NCBI GenBank assembly: GCA_951406725.2 | Contig: OX597814.1 | Span: 28,210,001-28,274,000, forward strand | DNA: 64,000 nucleotides | From: Octopus vulgaris | Lineage: Eukaryota | Reading direction: 5' to 3' | Shown: positions 1 to 12,757 of the stretch, in pieces | Layout of the letters: each line of letters begins with the position of its first letter | How positions within the stretch are numbered: position 1 is the first letter of the stretch | The notes under the pieces: generated by a model | Told to the model about the DNA's origin: nothing | Databases searched by the model: none | The model's input: the letters and a program-made list of their open reading frames with translations, nothing else | Program-made: the position numbers and the translations under genes

Positions 1-841
1 AATTGGTTCAAAACTGTTTTCCAGCATTTTGATGCCCGCCTATGGCGTAGAAAAATACGGCGCTAAATTCACACACATTATACGTCAACTTAAGGCGAGG
101 CATCAAGCACAACATGCCCATCACCATCGAATTCAGGGATCTGGTCATCGTCCATTTACTTGATTATTCTAGCCTTGCTTTCCCGATTATTTTTTTTCCA
201 AACAATTTGTCCCATTACATTATTATGTACATTAGAACTTTCACTGTCGCTACGAGTTTTGTGATACTTGTCAGACAGTTCCAGTTCATAATCCGTGGAG
301 TAAACTACCACCGTTGATCTTGCCACAGTGGGTATGCATTTCATAATATGTTCTTGTTGACATACTGTGAACCCCAGAGAAACCTTCTCGAGTGTCATCG
401 TCATGCCCTAACTTTCTCCTATGACTGAAGAGTTCTTACAAACTCCATAGCAAAAATTGCCGCAACTGTATGGACCGGCAACGCTGTTATTTTCTCAAAT
501 ACCTTGGCAATACTGGCGGACTTTTTACTTCAAATAGATCACAAAAGCACCCACCACCTGTTGAAGCGTCAAAGGCACAAATCAGACTTCATTATTGTAC
601 AATTCTATCGATGGTTCTTTACATGTAACACATTAAAAAAAAATCTGTTAGCTCATTTCTATCCAATTCCGTGAACATAAACTATATTTTTTCTTATTCA
701 ACATGTGAGTGGAGGCGAGTTTCCCCACCTCAACGAACAAAAACACATTGTAAGGTGAACCTAGCAACGTAGACAAAGGCTAAAAGAACGTAAATAGCAA
801 ATATTTATATACTTATGAATTATATCACAAAAATTTATATA

Positions 842-890
<49 letters not shown>

Positions 891-957
891 TATCAGTTAT
901 ATAACATTACAAGTTATTACCTAGCAAAAACTTAATAAGCACTTTTAATTTGCCTCA

Positions 958-967
958 CCTTATTTGG
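958..967. promoter_or_regulatory. Perfect CArG box (CCTTATTTGG), putative SRF site
   Basis: Matches CC(A/T)6GG and lies in unique sequence near several TGACG half-sites; motif match only. Confidence 0.25.
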
Positions 968-1523
968 GTCTGAGCAAACTGCCCCCTGTGATTTACTGAT
1001 AAAGCTTTAGAGTCACCTGATGTGGATGTTTTAAACACACAACAACAAAATAGTCATTCCCTCCATAAAAATCACTTCATTCTTTTATATATCTGAAAAT
1101 GGACACCCTAAAAATCAAACGCTAGATTTATCTCTACGAACTGGAATGTTGTTTTATTGTTATGGTGACGTGCATTTTCTGGTTGTTTTTGGCTTCTCCC
1201 CTCTTTGTTTTAAGCTTCTTTGTGTGTAATCTCACTTGCCTTTTTAGTTAGGGCATTCTCTGTTACTCTCCTCTCCTCTCCTTTCACGACTAACACATCC
1301 TCGCCGCCGCCACCGTTACTCCCTGTCTTCTCCCACTTCCACCACCGTCACCTTGCTGAAAGGCTCTTCTGTATTACTCATCAAGTAGGGTGTACTCTAA
1401 AGTAGTAGTGGCAGTAGACGTTTGGGCGTTGTGTGCCTCTGTGTGTGTGTGTGTGTGTGTGTGTGTATGCGTGCGTGTGCGAGAGGAAGCGATAGAGGTG
1501 GGGAGTGACTCGTCGTCGTATAC

Positions 1524-1562
<39 letters not shown>

Positions 1563-1696
1563 GCGAGAGAGAGAGAGAGAGACCGTATTTGTTTGTATGA
1601 CGCTTACCGACGTGGTGGTTAAAAGTAAGGGTTGGTTTAGAGTTGGAAGGGTTTATAACTTTGGCTGAAAGAAAACCTGGAAAAAAGATGGATGTT

Positions 1697-1721
1697 GGGG
1701 GGTGGGGTGGGGTGGGGGTGG
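1697..1721 (+). other. G-quadruplex-forming motif
   Basis: GGGGGG-T-GGGG-T-GGGG-T-GGGGG: four G-runs of 4 or more with 1-nt loops. Confidence 0.6.
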
Positions 1722-2776
1722 ATGTTTGAACGAGTGACGTTCATAGAGGGATTGTTGTTGTTGTTGTGTTCGGGTTGTATGGTGTGGGGGTGCTTAGCCG
1801 ACTAACTCAACCCAAAGGCAATCTTTCCCAAACAACAACAATAACACATATATACACACAACAGTTCAATGTAACTCACTGACTCGCACATCTCTCTATC
1901 TATCTATCTATCTCTCTCCCTCCCTCCTCTCTCATTTCACCCTTTCTTTCTTTCTTTCTCTCTCTCCGCCACTGCTGCTTCGTCACAATAACTATTTAGA
2001 ACTCGTTTACCTCCTTTCCTCTGTCTCTTCTTACTCCTTCCTCTCCTTCCACACCAGCTCTCTATTTCTCAACGCTTCTTCTCTCTACTCGATAGCGTAT
2101 TTATTTATTTAATTTTTCTTATTATTATTATTATTTTCATTACTTTTTGTTGTTCCTTACCATACATATTTGCCCATGGAAAGTTTGAGAGATAAAGGAA
2201 AGAGAAAAAAAAACAAACAAATGTTTAGATCGAAAAAGTCTTTGTCTTCTTTAACAAAGACTGTTTTTGTGATTAAAAAAATTCATATAATAAAATATAT
2301 AAATTGAACACTTAAGATGGACATGAAAATAAAAATTATGTTTACATACATATATAATAATATATATGTATAAATATATATTATATATAATATATATATA
2401 TATAGTATATTTTAATATTATATAATACATATATATAATCGATATATATTATAATTAATGAGTATGATTAATGTGGCAGAGAAAGGTTTAAAAAAAAGTT
2501 TTATGACAGTAATGCACCCCGACCCCCATATAGTGAAAGAAAAACCCCCCAAACAAAACAAAAAAAAAATAACAAAATTTTATTGAAAAATTGTCTAATT
2601 GACTATTTAATTGAGGAACTCTCTTGTAAATGGGAGAAAAAAAACACGTCCAGAGGTGGGACTTAACTGCCACCTTCATTGAATATATGTGCGATTGTGT
2701 AGAATGTCTGCTATATTTTGGATGAATGAACAAATTATAAAAGAATATAAACACACACTTATATATATATATATAG

Positions 2777-2812
<36 letters not shown>

Positions 2813-3189
2813 ATCAAATATATAAAGAACCTATATGTACATACAAATGAAAAATCTGCATTGTATATATTATATTTAATTACATTCTATCAAATGTGAC
2901 TCACAGAAGATGAATGAATAAAAATGTATTTTCATCAAAAATAATGTATTTGTTATTCTTTCGTGAAATTTTTATCTTCAATATTTTATCTTGTCTGCTT
3001 GCCCTAACATTCTCATGCATGAATCAATAAGCGTGTCGGACCTATCAACTAAAGGAAGATGGATGGTTTTGTGTCCTGGTGATCGGTAAGTTATGGCCGT
3101 GGCTGAGACGTGAAGATTTGATCGGTCATGTTGTCAATAAGAACAACAATAATAACAACGTGATGATATACCTTTATCAACAAATGAGC

Positions 3190-3365
3190 CCTTTATGCGG
3201 TCATTCGGCCTGCTAGAAATAACCAGGATATTTCCCTAGAATCACACATTAGCTTTCTTACAAAATATTTATTGTGCAATGTGACATGTGTGGAAATCCA
3301 AAAATGATTTAATGGTTAATACTGGTAAGCCTTTGATATCAGTCTGCCTGATCTGTGATGAAATA
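3190..3365 (+). mobile_element. Old dispersed repeat (SINE/LINE 3' tail, often ending in (CAA)n)
   Basis: Core ggtcattcg..ctgctagaaatagcag..aaatctccctcaaatcacac recurs decayed at about 4560-4720, 6155-6330, 22160-22830, 31710-31940, 32690-32890, 34500-34700 (-), 50510-50700 and 58400-58630. Confidence 0.55.
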
Positions 3366-3559
3366 ACCACATTGTAAGTAGCAGTTACACTGAGAAAATA
3401 GGAAGAGTTGATAAGTTTAAAAGTGAGGTTTGTAAAGTTCAGCATTTGACCTCAAAAGAGAGCCAACCTTACAGTACGTTGGTATTTCTCTACTCTCTGT
3501 CGAAGCGGCCTTTGCGGTGAACCAGGCGAACTGTTGACGAGCAAGAGGACCAGTGATTT

Positions 3560-3742
3560 TGGAGGAGAGAGAGTAAATCGATTACATCGACCCCAGTGCT
3601 CAACTGGTACTTATTTTATCGACCTCGACAAAACGAAAGGTAAAGTCGAACTTGGGCGGATTTTGAACTCCGAACGTAGATGGACGAAATGCCGTTAAGC
3701 ATTTTACCAAGCATGCCAACGATTCTGCCAGCTCGCTGCCTT
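3560..3742 (-). mobile_element. tRNA-derived SINE family A, decayed copy
   Basis: Family consensus has an A-box-like GGCGAGCTGGCAGAATCG, B-box GAGTTCAAATTCC and core GCCTTTCATCCTTTCGGGGTCGATAAA..AGTACCAG resembling Meta/Sauria-SINE-type cores; more than 25 copies in the window. Confidence 0.8.
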
Positions 3743-3829
3743 ATCTTCGTATAATATTGACAGTGGATGACACTGCTTGTATGACTGACACTCATTTATA
3801 ACTGTCACGTGATGTCAAAACGATGGGCT

Positions 3830-3980
3830 TCTTTCAGTTTCCGTCAATCGAATTCACTCTCAAGGCTTTGGTCAGCCCAGAGGTATAGTAGAAAGAACTT
3901 GCCTAACGTGCCACACAGTGGGATTGAAGCTGAACACATAACCATGTGACTGGGAAGCAAGTTTCTTAACCACACAGCCA
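3830..3980 (-). mobile_element. SINE family G 5' part, decayed
   Basis: Similar to the head of the 38651-39058 copy. Confidence 0.65.
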
Positions 3981-4231
3981 GTGCATAAGGCGGGGTACCA
4001 TAATGGACCAGACTAATCTACAATGTGAACAAAGTGCAATTGAGACTAACGAGAGAGTAAGACATTATACAAACTAAGTGCAAAATACTTGAAAATTTCT
4101 AAAGTGGCCATTAAAGTTCATCTATCTTTATCGGTGTCTTAGAAATGTAGAAATTGAGATGGCTATCAAAATTATATACATTAATGAGCTTAGACACATA
4201 TTCTCACGCACTGTAGAAGGGAGATACACTT

Positions 4232-4289
<58 letters not shown>

Positions 4290-6458
4290 TGAATATTTAA
4301 GTCCTCAATTGTACTATTTGACTTGGTACGATAGACGTAACTTCTCATAGTTACGATAAACGATGATGAACTGGCTTCAACAAATTGTACTCACCAGCAT
4401 GAGCATGGGGACACACAACACAAGCATTGTAAAGGAACACACAACACAAGCATTGTAAAGGTTACTACACAAATTCAATTTCTAGGGGTGAATGGAGGTA
4501 ATCTATCTATCTCCGAAACTGTGATACAAGTAAACCACGCTACCTGATTAACAAAGGAATAAAGGCGGTCAGTTGACCTGTTAGAAACAGCGATCAGATC
4601 TTCCTCTTCACAGGGCACTTAAACGAAGTAGCCCTGGGTTTAATTTTTTTAAATGTCAATATTAGAACGGCTTAAATCATAGGTCTGTTCAGTCAGAGCT
4701 GATTTGGATTAAACAGCAACAATAACACAACACACCAAGAAAAACTATTTGGTAGCGACCCAGCAATCCATTAAGGTATGTATAAATATAGATATAGAGA
4801 GATAAGTAACGAGTCATAAGAAGGTTTTCTTACATTGGCACATGGCCAAAAAGTGTTGGGGAAAGAGGTATAGTCATAATCAGTATATAACTGGTTCTTA
4901 TGTTATCCTCCACTGAGAGGAAGAAATGCTAAGAGAGACCTCTCAGGATTTAAACCTTAAAAGGTAATGATAGTAGAGGTATTTAAATGGGTACCCCAAT
5001 AGCAATTGCTGAAATTAGACAGCTTTAAATAACCTAGTTTTCATAAAAACTGAACATGTGAATGATAATACTAAAGTCCGTTTATGTTTGTAAATTTGTT
5101 TCAAATTTTGGCACAGGGCCAGCAATTTTTGTTTGGGAGTGGGCGGTAAGTCGACTTCAGTGCTCATCTAGCACTTATTTTATCGACCTCGGCGGAATTT
5201 GAACTCAGAACGTTAAGGCGGAGGAAATGCCGTTAAGTGTTTTTACTTGATGTTCTAACTTATATTTGTAAATTGTCATATAGTTTATACTGCATTTAAG
5301 TAACAATTTCGCAGAATCATTTGATCATCGCTAATTGTTCTGAGTTCAAATCACACCGGGGTTAGCTTTTTTTTCGTCCCTTTTCTTCGGAGGTTGATAA
5401 ACTAAAGTACTAGTGCAGGGTCATGGAATCATTAGAGTGATTCAGAAAAGGGTTTGTTCTTGCTTATATTATGAGTTCAAATCCAGTTGAAGACAACTTC
5501 ATCTTTCATCTTTCTGGGGCCCATAAAGTAAAGTATCAGTCCAGGGTATTGGTTTGATAAAATTGTCAGATATTGGAAAAACACTTTGTGGTGTTTGTTC
5601 TATGTCCAGACAGGGGAGACAAATTTGTCTGTATTTAGAAGACAAAATGGTCTATTGTACAAATTTCCCCCAAAAGTCACCGAGAGTTGTTCGTCGCTCT
5701 AGTGGCAATCTTGGTACATTTATTCTCACAGGATAAATATTATCGATAGAATATATCGGTCACAATCTAATGGATTAACTTTTCATCTTCAATCAACAAC
5801 ACAGTGCAGTGTCCATGACCAAGCATTTAACTATTAATGACCAAATCAAATTTCACATAGGCGCTGCGAGTGGATACCTTTACTGTGTAAACGGCGAGAA
5901 TACTGTACAATAAGTGTTGTACGAGTGTTTAATGTTGAACTCAAGTTCTTGTGTGGGTTTGCGGAAGGAAACAATAACCCGATTCATGTGAGCGAAACTG
6001 TCCCTCTAGATATGTCCTTTATCATTTCTCACTAAACCAATGTCCATAATTCCAAAGTGGTTTGTCTACATCTTAATTGCACGAGTATAAACAAAGCTGT
6101 TTGCAACATGAGGAGTAGGCTTTTACTCATCATTACCAAGTCTATGAGAGATTCTTCGTAGTCATTTAATCTACTAGAAATAGCAGCTAAGTCTCACTCA
6201 AATCACAGCCTTGCAGCTTAAACGAAAAAAAAAGTGCGTGGGGCGGGTTATTGGATAATGTAGTTCTGGATACACTATGTCTGAAAATAAAATGAAATGA
6301 TCATATTTGGACAACTAAGATCAAGGCTAACCTGCTATTAGACATCAATCACAACTCACGACTGCAACAGCTACTAAATTACCATAAAGATGTATATGTC
6401 GCATCTACGATGTCAATTTCTGAGTTATCTAAAATTCCATAGTGTTCGACTGTGTACC

Positions 6459-6666
6459 TATTTCTTTACTACCCACAAACACAGAGAGGACAAACAAGGA
6501 CAGACAAACGGATTAAGTCGATTGCATTGACCCCAGTACGTAACTGGTACTTATTTAATCGACCCCCCAAAGGCAAAGTCGACCTCGGCGGAATTTGAAC
6601 TTAGAACGTAGCGGCAGACGAAATACCGCTGAATATTTCGCCTGGCGTGCTAACGGTTCTACCAGC
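6459..6666 (-). mobile_element. SINE family A, 5'-truncated, with 13-bp TSD
   Basis: TSD TCGACTGTGTACC at 6446-6458 and 6667-6679; tail ...AAAGAAATAG on the minus strand. Confidence 0.85.
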
Positions 6667-7998
6667 TCGACTGTGTACCGAACCCTCCTAACCATTTCTA
6701 GGGGCCCTTTTTCTGAGATGTATCCATTAGATTTCTCTTCTTTCAGTACGTAACTGGTACTTATTTAATCGACCCCGAAAGGCAAAGTCGACCTCGGCGG
6801 AATTTGAACTTAGAACGTAGCGGCAGACGAAATACCGCTGAATATTTCGCCTGGCGTGCTAACGGTTCTACCAGCTCGACTGTGTACTGAACCCTCCTAA
6901 CCATTTCTAGGGGCCCTTTTTCTGAGATGTATCCATTAGATTTCTCTTATTTCAGTACGTAACTGGTACTTATTTAATCGACCCCGAAAGGCAAAGTCGA
7001 CCTCGGCGGAATTTGAACTTAGAACGTAGCGGCAGACGAAATACAGCTGAATATTTCGCCTGGCGTGCTAACGGTTCTACCAGCTCGACTGTGTACCGAA
7101 CCCTCCTAACCATTTCTAGGGGCCCTTTTTCTGAGATGTATCCATTAGATTTCTCTTCTTTCAGTACGTAACTGGTACTTATTTAATCGACCCCGAAAGG
7201 CAAAGTCGACCTCGGCGGAATTTGAACTTAGAACGTAGCGGCAGACGAAATACCGCTGAATATTTCGCCTGGCGTGCTAACGGTTCTACCAGCTCGACTG
7301 TGTACCGAACCCTCCTAACCATTTCTAGGGGCCCTTTTTCTGAGATGTATCCATTAGATTTCTCTTCTTTCAGTACGTAACTGGTACTTATTTAATCGAC
7401 CCCGAAAGGCAAAGTCGACCTCGGCGGAATTTGAACTCAGAACGTAGCGGCAGACGAAATACCACTGAATATTTCGCCTGGTGTGCTAACGGTTCTACCA
7501 GCTCGACTGTGTACCGAACGCTCCTAACCATTTCTAGGGGCCCTTTTTCTGAGATGTATCCATTAGATTTCTCTTCTTTCAGTACGTAACTGGTACTTAT
7601 TTAATCGACCCCCAAAGGCAAAGTCGACCTCGGCGGAATTTGAACTTAGAACGTAGCGGCAGACGAAATACCGCTGAATATTTCGCCTGGCGTGCTAACG
7701 GTTCTACCAGCTCGACTGTGTACCGAACCCTCCTAACCATTTCTAGGGGCCCTTTTTCTGAGATGTATCCATTAGATTTCTCTTCTTTCAGTACGTAACT
7801 GGTACTTATTTAATCGACCCCGAAAGGCAAAGTCGACCTCGGCGGAATTTGAACTCAGAACGTAGCGGCAGACGAAATACCACTGAATATTTCGCCTGGC
7901 GTGCTAACGGTTCTACCAGCTCGACTGTGTACCGAACCCTCCTAACCATTTCTAGGGGGCCCTTTTTCTGAGATGTATCCATTACATTTCTCTTCTTT
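6534..7998. repeat. Tandem array, 7 x ~209 bp, made of a SINE A fragment plus unique flank
   Basis: Unit starts CAGTACGTAACTGG at 6534, 6744, 6953, 7162, 7371, 7580 and 7789; units nearly identical, no spacers. Confidence 0.95.
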
Positions 7999-8176
7999 GG
8001 GAAATAATTTTTGATGTCTCCCATTTTCTGAAAGAAAGAGGAAAACCAAAATTACACGACGTCTACTCAAAAACACTTCGAACCATTAAGGCCCATATTT
8101 TAAGCTGCAACTTAGATACTGCAGTATGATCGCTTATAAGTCGCAAACGCACTATAAAAATTGATGGGAGTTGAAT

Positions 8177-8481
8177 GTTGTTTGTTTCTTCTCGAGCCAT
8201 GCCTGGCTCATAAGGACCGGTTTCCCGGTTTCCTTGGCGTATAAGTTCCCCACCTGGACGGGACGCCGGTCCGTCGCGGGTGAGCTGCAAGATGCAGGAG
8301 GAAAATAGTGAGAGAAAGTTGTGGCGAAGAGTCAGCAGAAGTTCGCCATTACCTTCTGCTGGAGCCGCGTGGAGCTTAGGTGTTTCGCTCATAAACACAC
8401 ACATCATCCGGTCTGAGATCCGAACCCCCGATCCCTCGACCGCGAATCCGCTGCTCTAACCACTAGGCCATGTGCTTCCAC
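8177..8481 (-). mobile_element. SINE with B-type tRNA head and V-domain-like tail
   Basis: Head GTGGAAGCACATGGCCTAGTGGTTAG; body GACGGACCGGCGTCCCGTCCAGG..GAAACCGGG resembles the V-SINE domain; TSD TGGGAGTTGAAT at 8165-8176 and 8483-8494. Confidence 0.75.
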
Positions 8482-8571
8482 TTGGGAGTTGAATATAAGT
8501 TGTACATACTGAAATAGTTACTGGCTCTTGATTGTCTGTAGGATTACAATATCTTATTTGGGGTAGGGGGT

Positions 8572-8953
8572 GGAAGCATTCCGTCGGTTACGACGACGAG
8601 GGTTCCGGTTGATCCGATCAACGGAACAGCCTGCTCGTGAGATTAACGTGTAAGTGGCTGAGCACTCCACAGACACGTGTACCCTTAACGTAGTTCTCGG
8701 GGATATTCAGCGTGACACAGAGAGTGACAAGGCCGGCCCCTTGAAATACAGGTACAACAGAAACAGGAAGTAAGAGTGAGAGAAAGTTGTGGTGAAAGAG
8801 TACAGCAGGGATCACCACCATCCCTGCCGGAGCCTCGTGGAGTTTTAGGTGTTTTCGCTCAATAAACACTCACAACGCCCGGTCTGGGAATCGAAACCGC
8901 GATCCTACGACCGCGAGTCCGCTGCCCTAACCACTGGGCCATTGCGCCTCCAC
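8572..8953 (-). mobile_element. SINE family B, full length (~385 bp)
   Basis: Head GTGGAGGCGCAATGGCCCAGTGGTTAGG..GGTTTCGATTCCC; TSD TATTTGGGGTA at 8555-8565 and 8954-8964. Confidence 0.9.
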
Positions 8954-9939
8954 TATTTGGGGTATAACATAAACTCGCATAGCAATCAGATATTCTTTAC
9001 ATAACAAGCACTGCACCATGCAGGGCGGTCAAAAGAATCTTAAACATCACGCCGTTTGGTCGTATATAAAGTACAAATATACCCACATGAGAGTTGCTGC
9101 TCTTAGACCTATGTTGATGTTTCTAACAGTAAGAGATCACAAAACGCAAGAAAAAGCCATTCTGGAATAGGCTGAATTACATTCTAAAACTACTAGATCT
9201 CTCTCTCTCTCTTTCTCTCTTTCTGTCTGTCCCTCTTTCTCGCTCTCGGTGGCACACAATAGACTCTCGTCTTATAAATTATTTGGACACGTGTAAACCA
9301 ATATCATAAACTTACCCTATTCCCTCTGATCCTCCCATGCACTGACTCGAAGTCGCTAAGTTTGTCCGTTGTAAATATCGGTCTCCTAACTAATAATCAC
9401 CATCAAATATATATCTATTTCACGTCATGTGAGATCTATCACACATCTTACAACTCTGAAGATTTCATACATAGAGACTTAAACGCACACAATTCTTCCA
9501 GGCTCTCGTACTCTTCCTGCAATCCGAATAAGTTATTTGCTGTTCTGAACTCTTTGCATCAGGTAGCATCACCATCTGAGAGGCACTGAAAGACCGAATA
9601 ACCTTGAACTCTTTCTTTCAAGCTTAGCCTTTACTCAGTTAATAGTATCCTTTAAGAAAGTCTGATTCACTTCCTATTCGCGGAAACACACCGTACATCT
9701 TCCTTCCATACATTTATACACCACGAATTATCTAGTAATTCAAGTTAGCTAAATTGTAACAGTTATGCCAGCTTTATATCGACTGCCTCTGCTAGCAAAT
9801 GTGCTTCAACTTCGACACATCTGAGAGAGCTAAGCAGTTGATCGAAACCATTCTAAGTATATCTTATACACGCTACTCATGTAACCAGGTCTCATAAACC
9901 CTGAACACCCAAGAGGTTTCTCAGAAGTTGTGCTATCTG

Positions 9940-10266
9940 GAACCCCCTTCGGTCACGACACTGACCATGGGATTGCACCTAGAAAGTTACCCTCCTAGTC
10001 ACAAGTCTAGGCAAGGTGGTTTTATGGAAGACCAGCAGTCGCCCATGCATACCGACCTCCCCTCTCCACGCCATCAGTGTTATCCAAGGGAAAGACAAAG
10101 GTCGATACAGCTTGGCACCCGTGACGTCGCAACTCATTTCTACAGCTGAGTGAACTGGAGCAACGTGAAATAAAGTGTCTCGCTCAAGAACACAACACGC
10201 AGCCCGGTCCGGGATTCGAGCTCACAACCTCACGATCGTAAGCTCGACGCTCTAACCACTGAGCCA
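9940..10266 (-). mobile_element. SINE family D (C-type head + D tail)
   Basis: Matches 15555-15892 and 62938-63225. Confidence 0.8.
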
Positions 10267-10479
10267 AGCTGTGCTACAGAGGCAAAATATTACCCTGCCT
10301 ACAACGCCTGAAGGAAGTTACCCATCATTATTAGATTGTACCCATAATCACAAGCCCTGCAATATTCATGCATCGCATAATGAACTATGTATCCTGTTTT
10401 CCAAATTTCACCAAACTCATCTGGACCCTTTCGAAAAGAATCACTTGTGATTCCCCTTACCCAACATCCGACCATAACA

Positions 10480-11060
10480 ACTCGCGCTAATATTAACTCT
10501 ATGTTATATTTGCGACTCCACTTTCCTCCATTTTCATGAGGTGAGCATTCAGCAAATACTCCCTCAAAACACTTCATTTTCTCACTACAGTGTTCAATCT
10601 CATCGCAACGCGATTGTCACGCACTTGAATCCAACAAAACAACCGCTTCCGACGGTGTTTCTTCCATCTCCCACAAACGACGCTTCAGTACTAACTTCTG
10701 TTACAAATAAAATCTTTAATTTGTCTTTCTGCCTCTGTTTCGGTCTCTCTTTCCCCTCTCGCTTTCTTTATCCCCCTTCTCTCTCTGTCTCTCTCTCTCT
10801 CTTCAGTATTGCACCGTGTCCAATCACCGAAAAGCATGACCTTTGACTCTCCAAATTACCAGCTTTAATATCTCACTCCAAGAATTTTAATAGTGGTGTA
10901 AAGGTTTTTAACAATTCTTTCCTTCGTCACTTTGAGTATTTCTTTACTCCCAGTAACCACCAGAGTGACTATCACATAGTCAAATCAACAAAGGATCTTG
11001 CTCTCTACGTCAAGCAGAGCGCTAGTTATTGCACTTGCATTAGCAAAGTCTTTGGAATAT
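10480..11060 (+). pseudogene. Ancient LINE RT remnant (Jockey/CR1-like)
   Basis: Decayed translation SNHQSDYHIVKSTKDL..IALALAKS resembles the Q.GFR..RST.D..A.D..KAFD region; many stops and frameshifts. Confidence 0.3.
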
Positions 11061-11084
11061 ATTGGAAATAATATTGAGTTCAAA

Positions 11085-11523
11085 CTTTTGAACAAAACCA
11101 GCAATTTTGGCAGGGGGAGTAAGTCGATTACTTCGACCCCAGTGCTCTATTGGTACTGAGCTTATCTCACCAAAGCGATGACATGCAAAATCGACCCCGG
11201 TGGAATTTGAACTCAGAACGTAAAGACGGACGAAACGCCGCTAAGCGTTTTGCCCGGCATGCAAAAGATTCTGCCAGTTCGCCCGCCACCTGTACATCTG
11301 GTTTCAAATTTTGGCACAAGGTCATCAGGTTGTGTGTGTGTGTGTGTGGGGGCTAAGTCGATTAAATTAACCCCAGTGCTCAACTGGCACTTATTTTATC
11401 GACCACAAAAGGATGAAAGGCAAAGATGACCCCGGCTGAATTTGAACTCAGAACGTAAAGACAGACGAAATGCCACTAAGCATTTTGCCCGGCATGCTAA
11501 CGATTCTGCTAGCCCGCTGCCTT
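11085..11523 (-). mobile_element. Two tandem decayed SINE A copies
   Basis: SINE A core and head at about 11085-11290 and 11305-11523. Confidence 0.75.
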
Positions 11524-11639
11524 CAATATATCTGGAATAACATTTATTTCAAGTTTTGGCACAAGGCCTGTAATTTCGGGGGGGGGGGGGCTAAGTCGAT
11601 TATATCCACCCCAGTACTCATCCTACCAGCTCGCCGCCT

Positions 11640-12172
11640 TAAATACCTGGAGCAATACTGGAACCTCTTAATATAATTCCCCTGCAGAAAACAGCACTGC
11701 TTGGAACCGCCCGAATACTACGGAAAGTGCTCGAAAAATAAGAGGTGTTACCTTGGTTCACTTGTAGTGAACAGCTGACACCGCAGTACACCTACAGCGT
11801 TAGAAGCTGTGCAAAGGCAATGATGATGATGATGATGATGATGATGATGCGATAAGCAAGAAAGGTATGCAATAAGGTATGCGATAAGCATGAAAGAAAA
11901 GTCGATAGATATGACAGGTTAACTTGGGAGGTTAAGCAGTTGTGATCGATAAAAATGTGGTAGTAGTACCAATAATTGTCGGAGTCCTGGGAACAGTGAA
12001 TAAAATTCTTGAAGTACATGGAACAAATAGGGGCGGCAAAAAGGGTGGATAACTTGTAGAAAACAGCACTGCTTGGAACAGCTCGAATACTCCGGATGGT
12101 GCTCGAAAAATACCTTAATTCACTGGTAGTGAACTGCTGGCACCATAGTACATTTCCAGCTGTGCAAAGACA
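11640..12172 (+). mobile_element. Two 3' fragments of a second Dong/R4-like LINE family
   Basis: LQKTALLGTARILRKVLEK* at about 11682-11740, and ERKVDRYDRLTWEVKQL..VVVPIIVGVLGTV..KTALLGTARILRMVLEK; followed by (TGA)n and (TAA)n. Confidence 0.75.
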
Positions 12173-12189
12173 ATAAATAATAATAATAA

Positions 12190-12712
12190 TCCTTTTTACT
12201 GGAAGAACAAGGCCTCAAATTTGGGGGAACGGGTTGAGTCGATTACATAGACCCTAGTGCACAACTGGTACTTAATTTATCGACCCCCAAAGGATGAAAG
12301 GCAAAGGTGACATCGGCGGAATTTGAACTCAGATCGTAGCGACAGACGAAATACCGCTCAGCATATCACTCGGCGTGCTAACGTTTCTGCAAGCTAGCAG
12401 CCTTAACAATAACAACAACAACAACAACAACAACAGTAACAGCAGCAGCAGCAGCAACAACAACAACAGCAACAAAAAGAGCAACAACAACAATAATAAT
12501 AATTTCAAATTTTGGCACAAAACCATCAAGTTCGAGGTAGAAGACAAGTCGATTATATCGACCCCAGTGTTCAACTGGTATTCTTTTTATCGACCCCGAA
12601 GGATGAAAGGTAGAGTCGATCTCGGCGGAATTTGAACTCCTACTGTAAAGGACGGACGAAATGCTGCTAGGCATTTTCCCAGCGCTGTAACGGTTCTGCC
12701 TGCTCACCGCCT
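12190..12712 (-). mobile_element. Two SINE A copies separated by (CAA/CAG)n
   Basis: SINE A homology at about 12190-12405 and 12505-12712. Confidence 0.8.
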
Positions 12713-12720
12713 TAATAATG

Positions 12721-12756
<36 letters not shown>

Positions 12757-12757
12757 T

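Noticed and set aside
156-404. 82-aa minus-strand ORF and overlapping 67-aa plus-strand ORF
   Set aside because: No recognisable domain or convincing splice context; could be UTR of a neighbouring gene but is unsupported as CDS
6534-7998. CRISPR-like appearance of the 209-bp array (also the 26-bp and 167-bp arrays)
   Set aside because: No unique spacers and no cas genes; units are contiguous and, for two arrays, TE-derived; the context is eukaryotic
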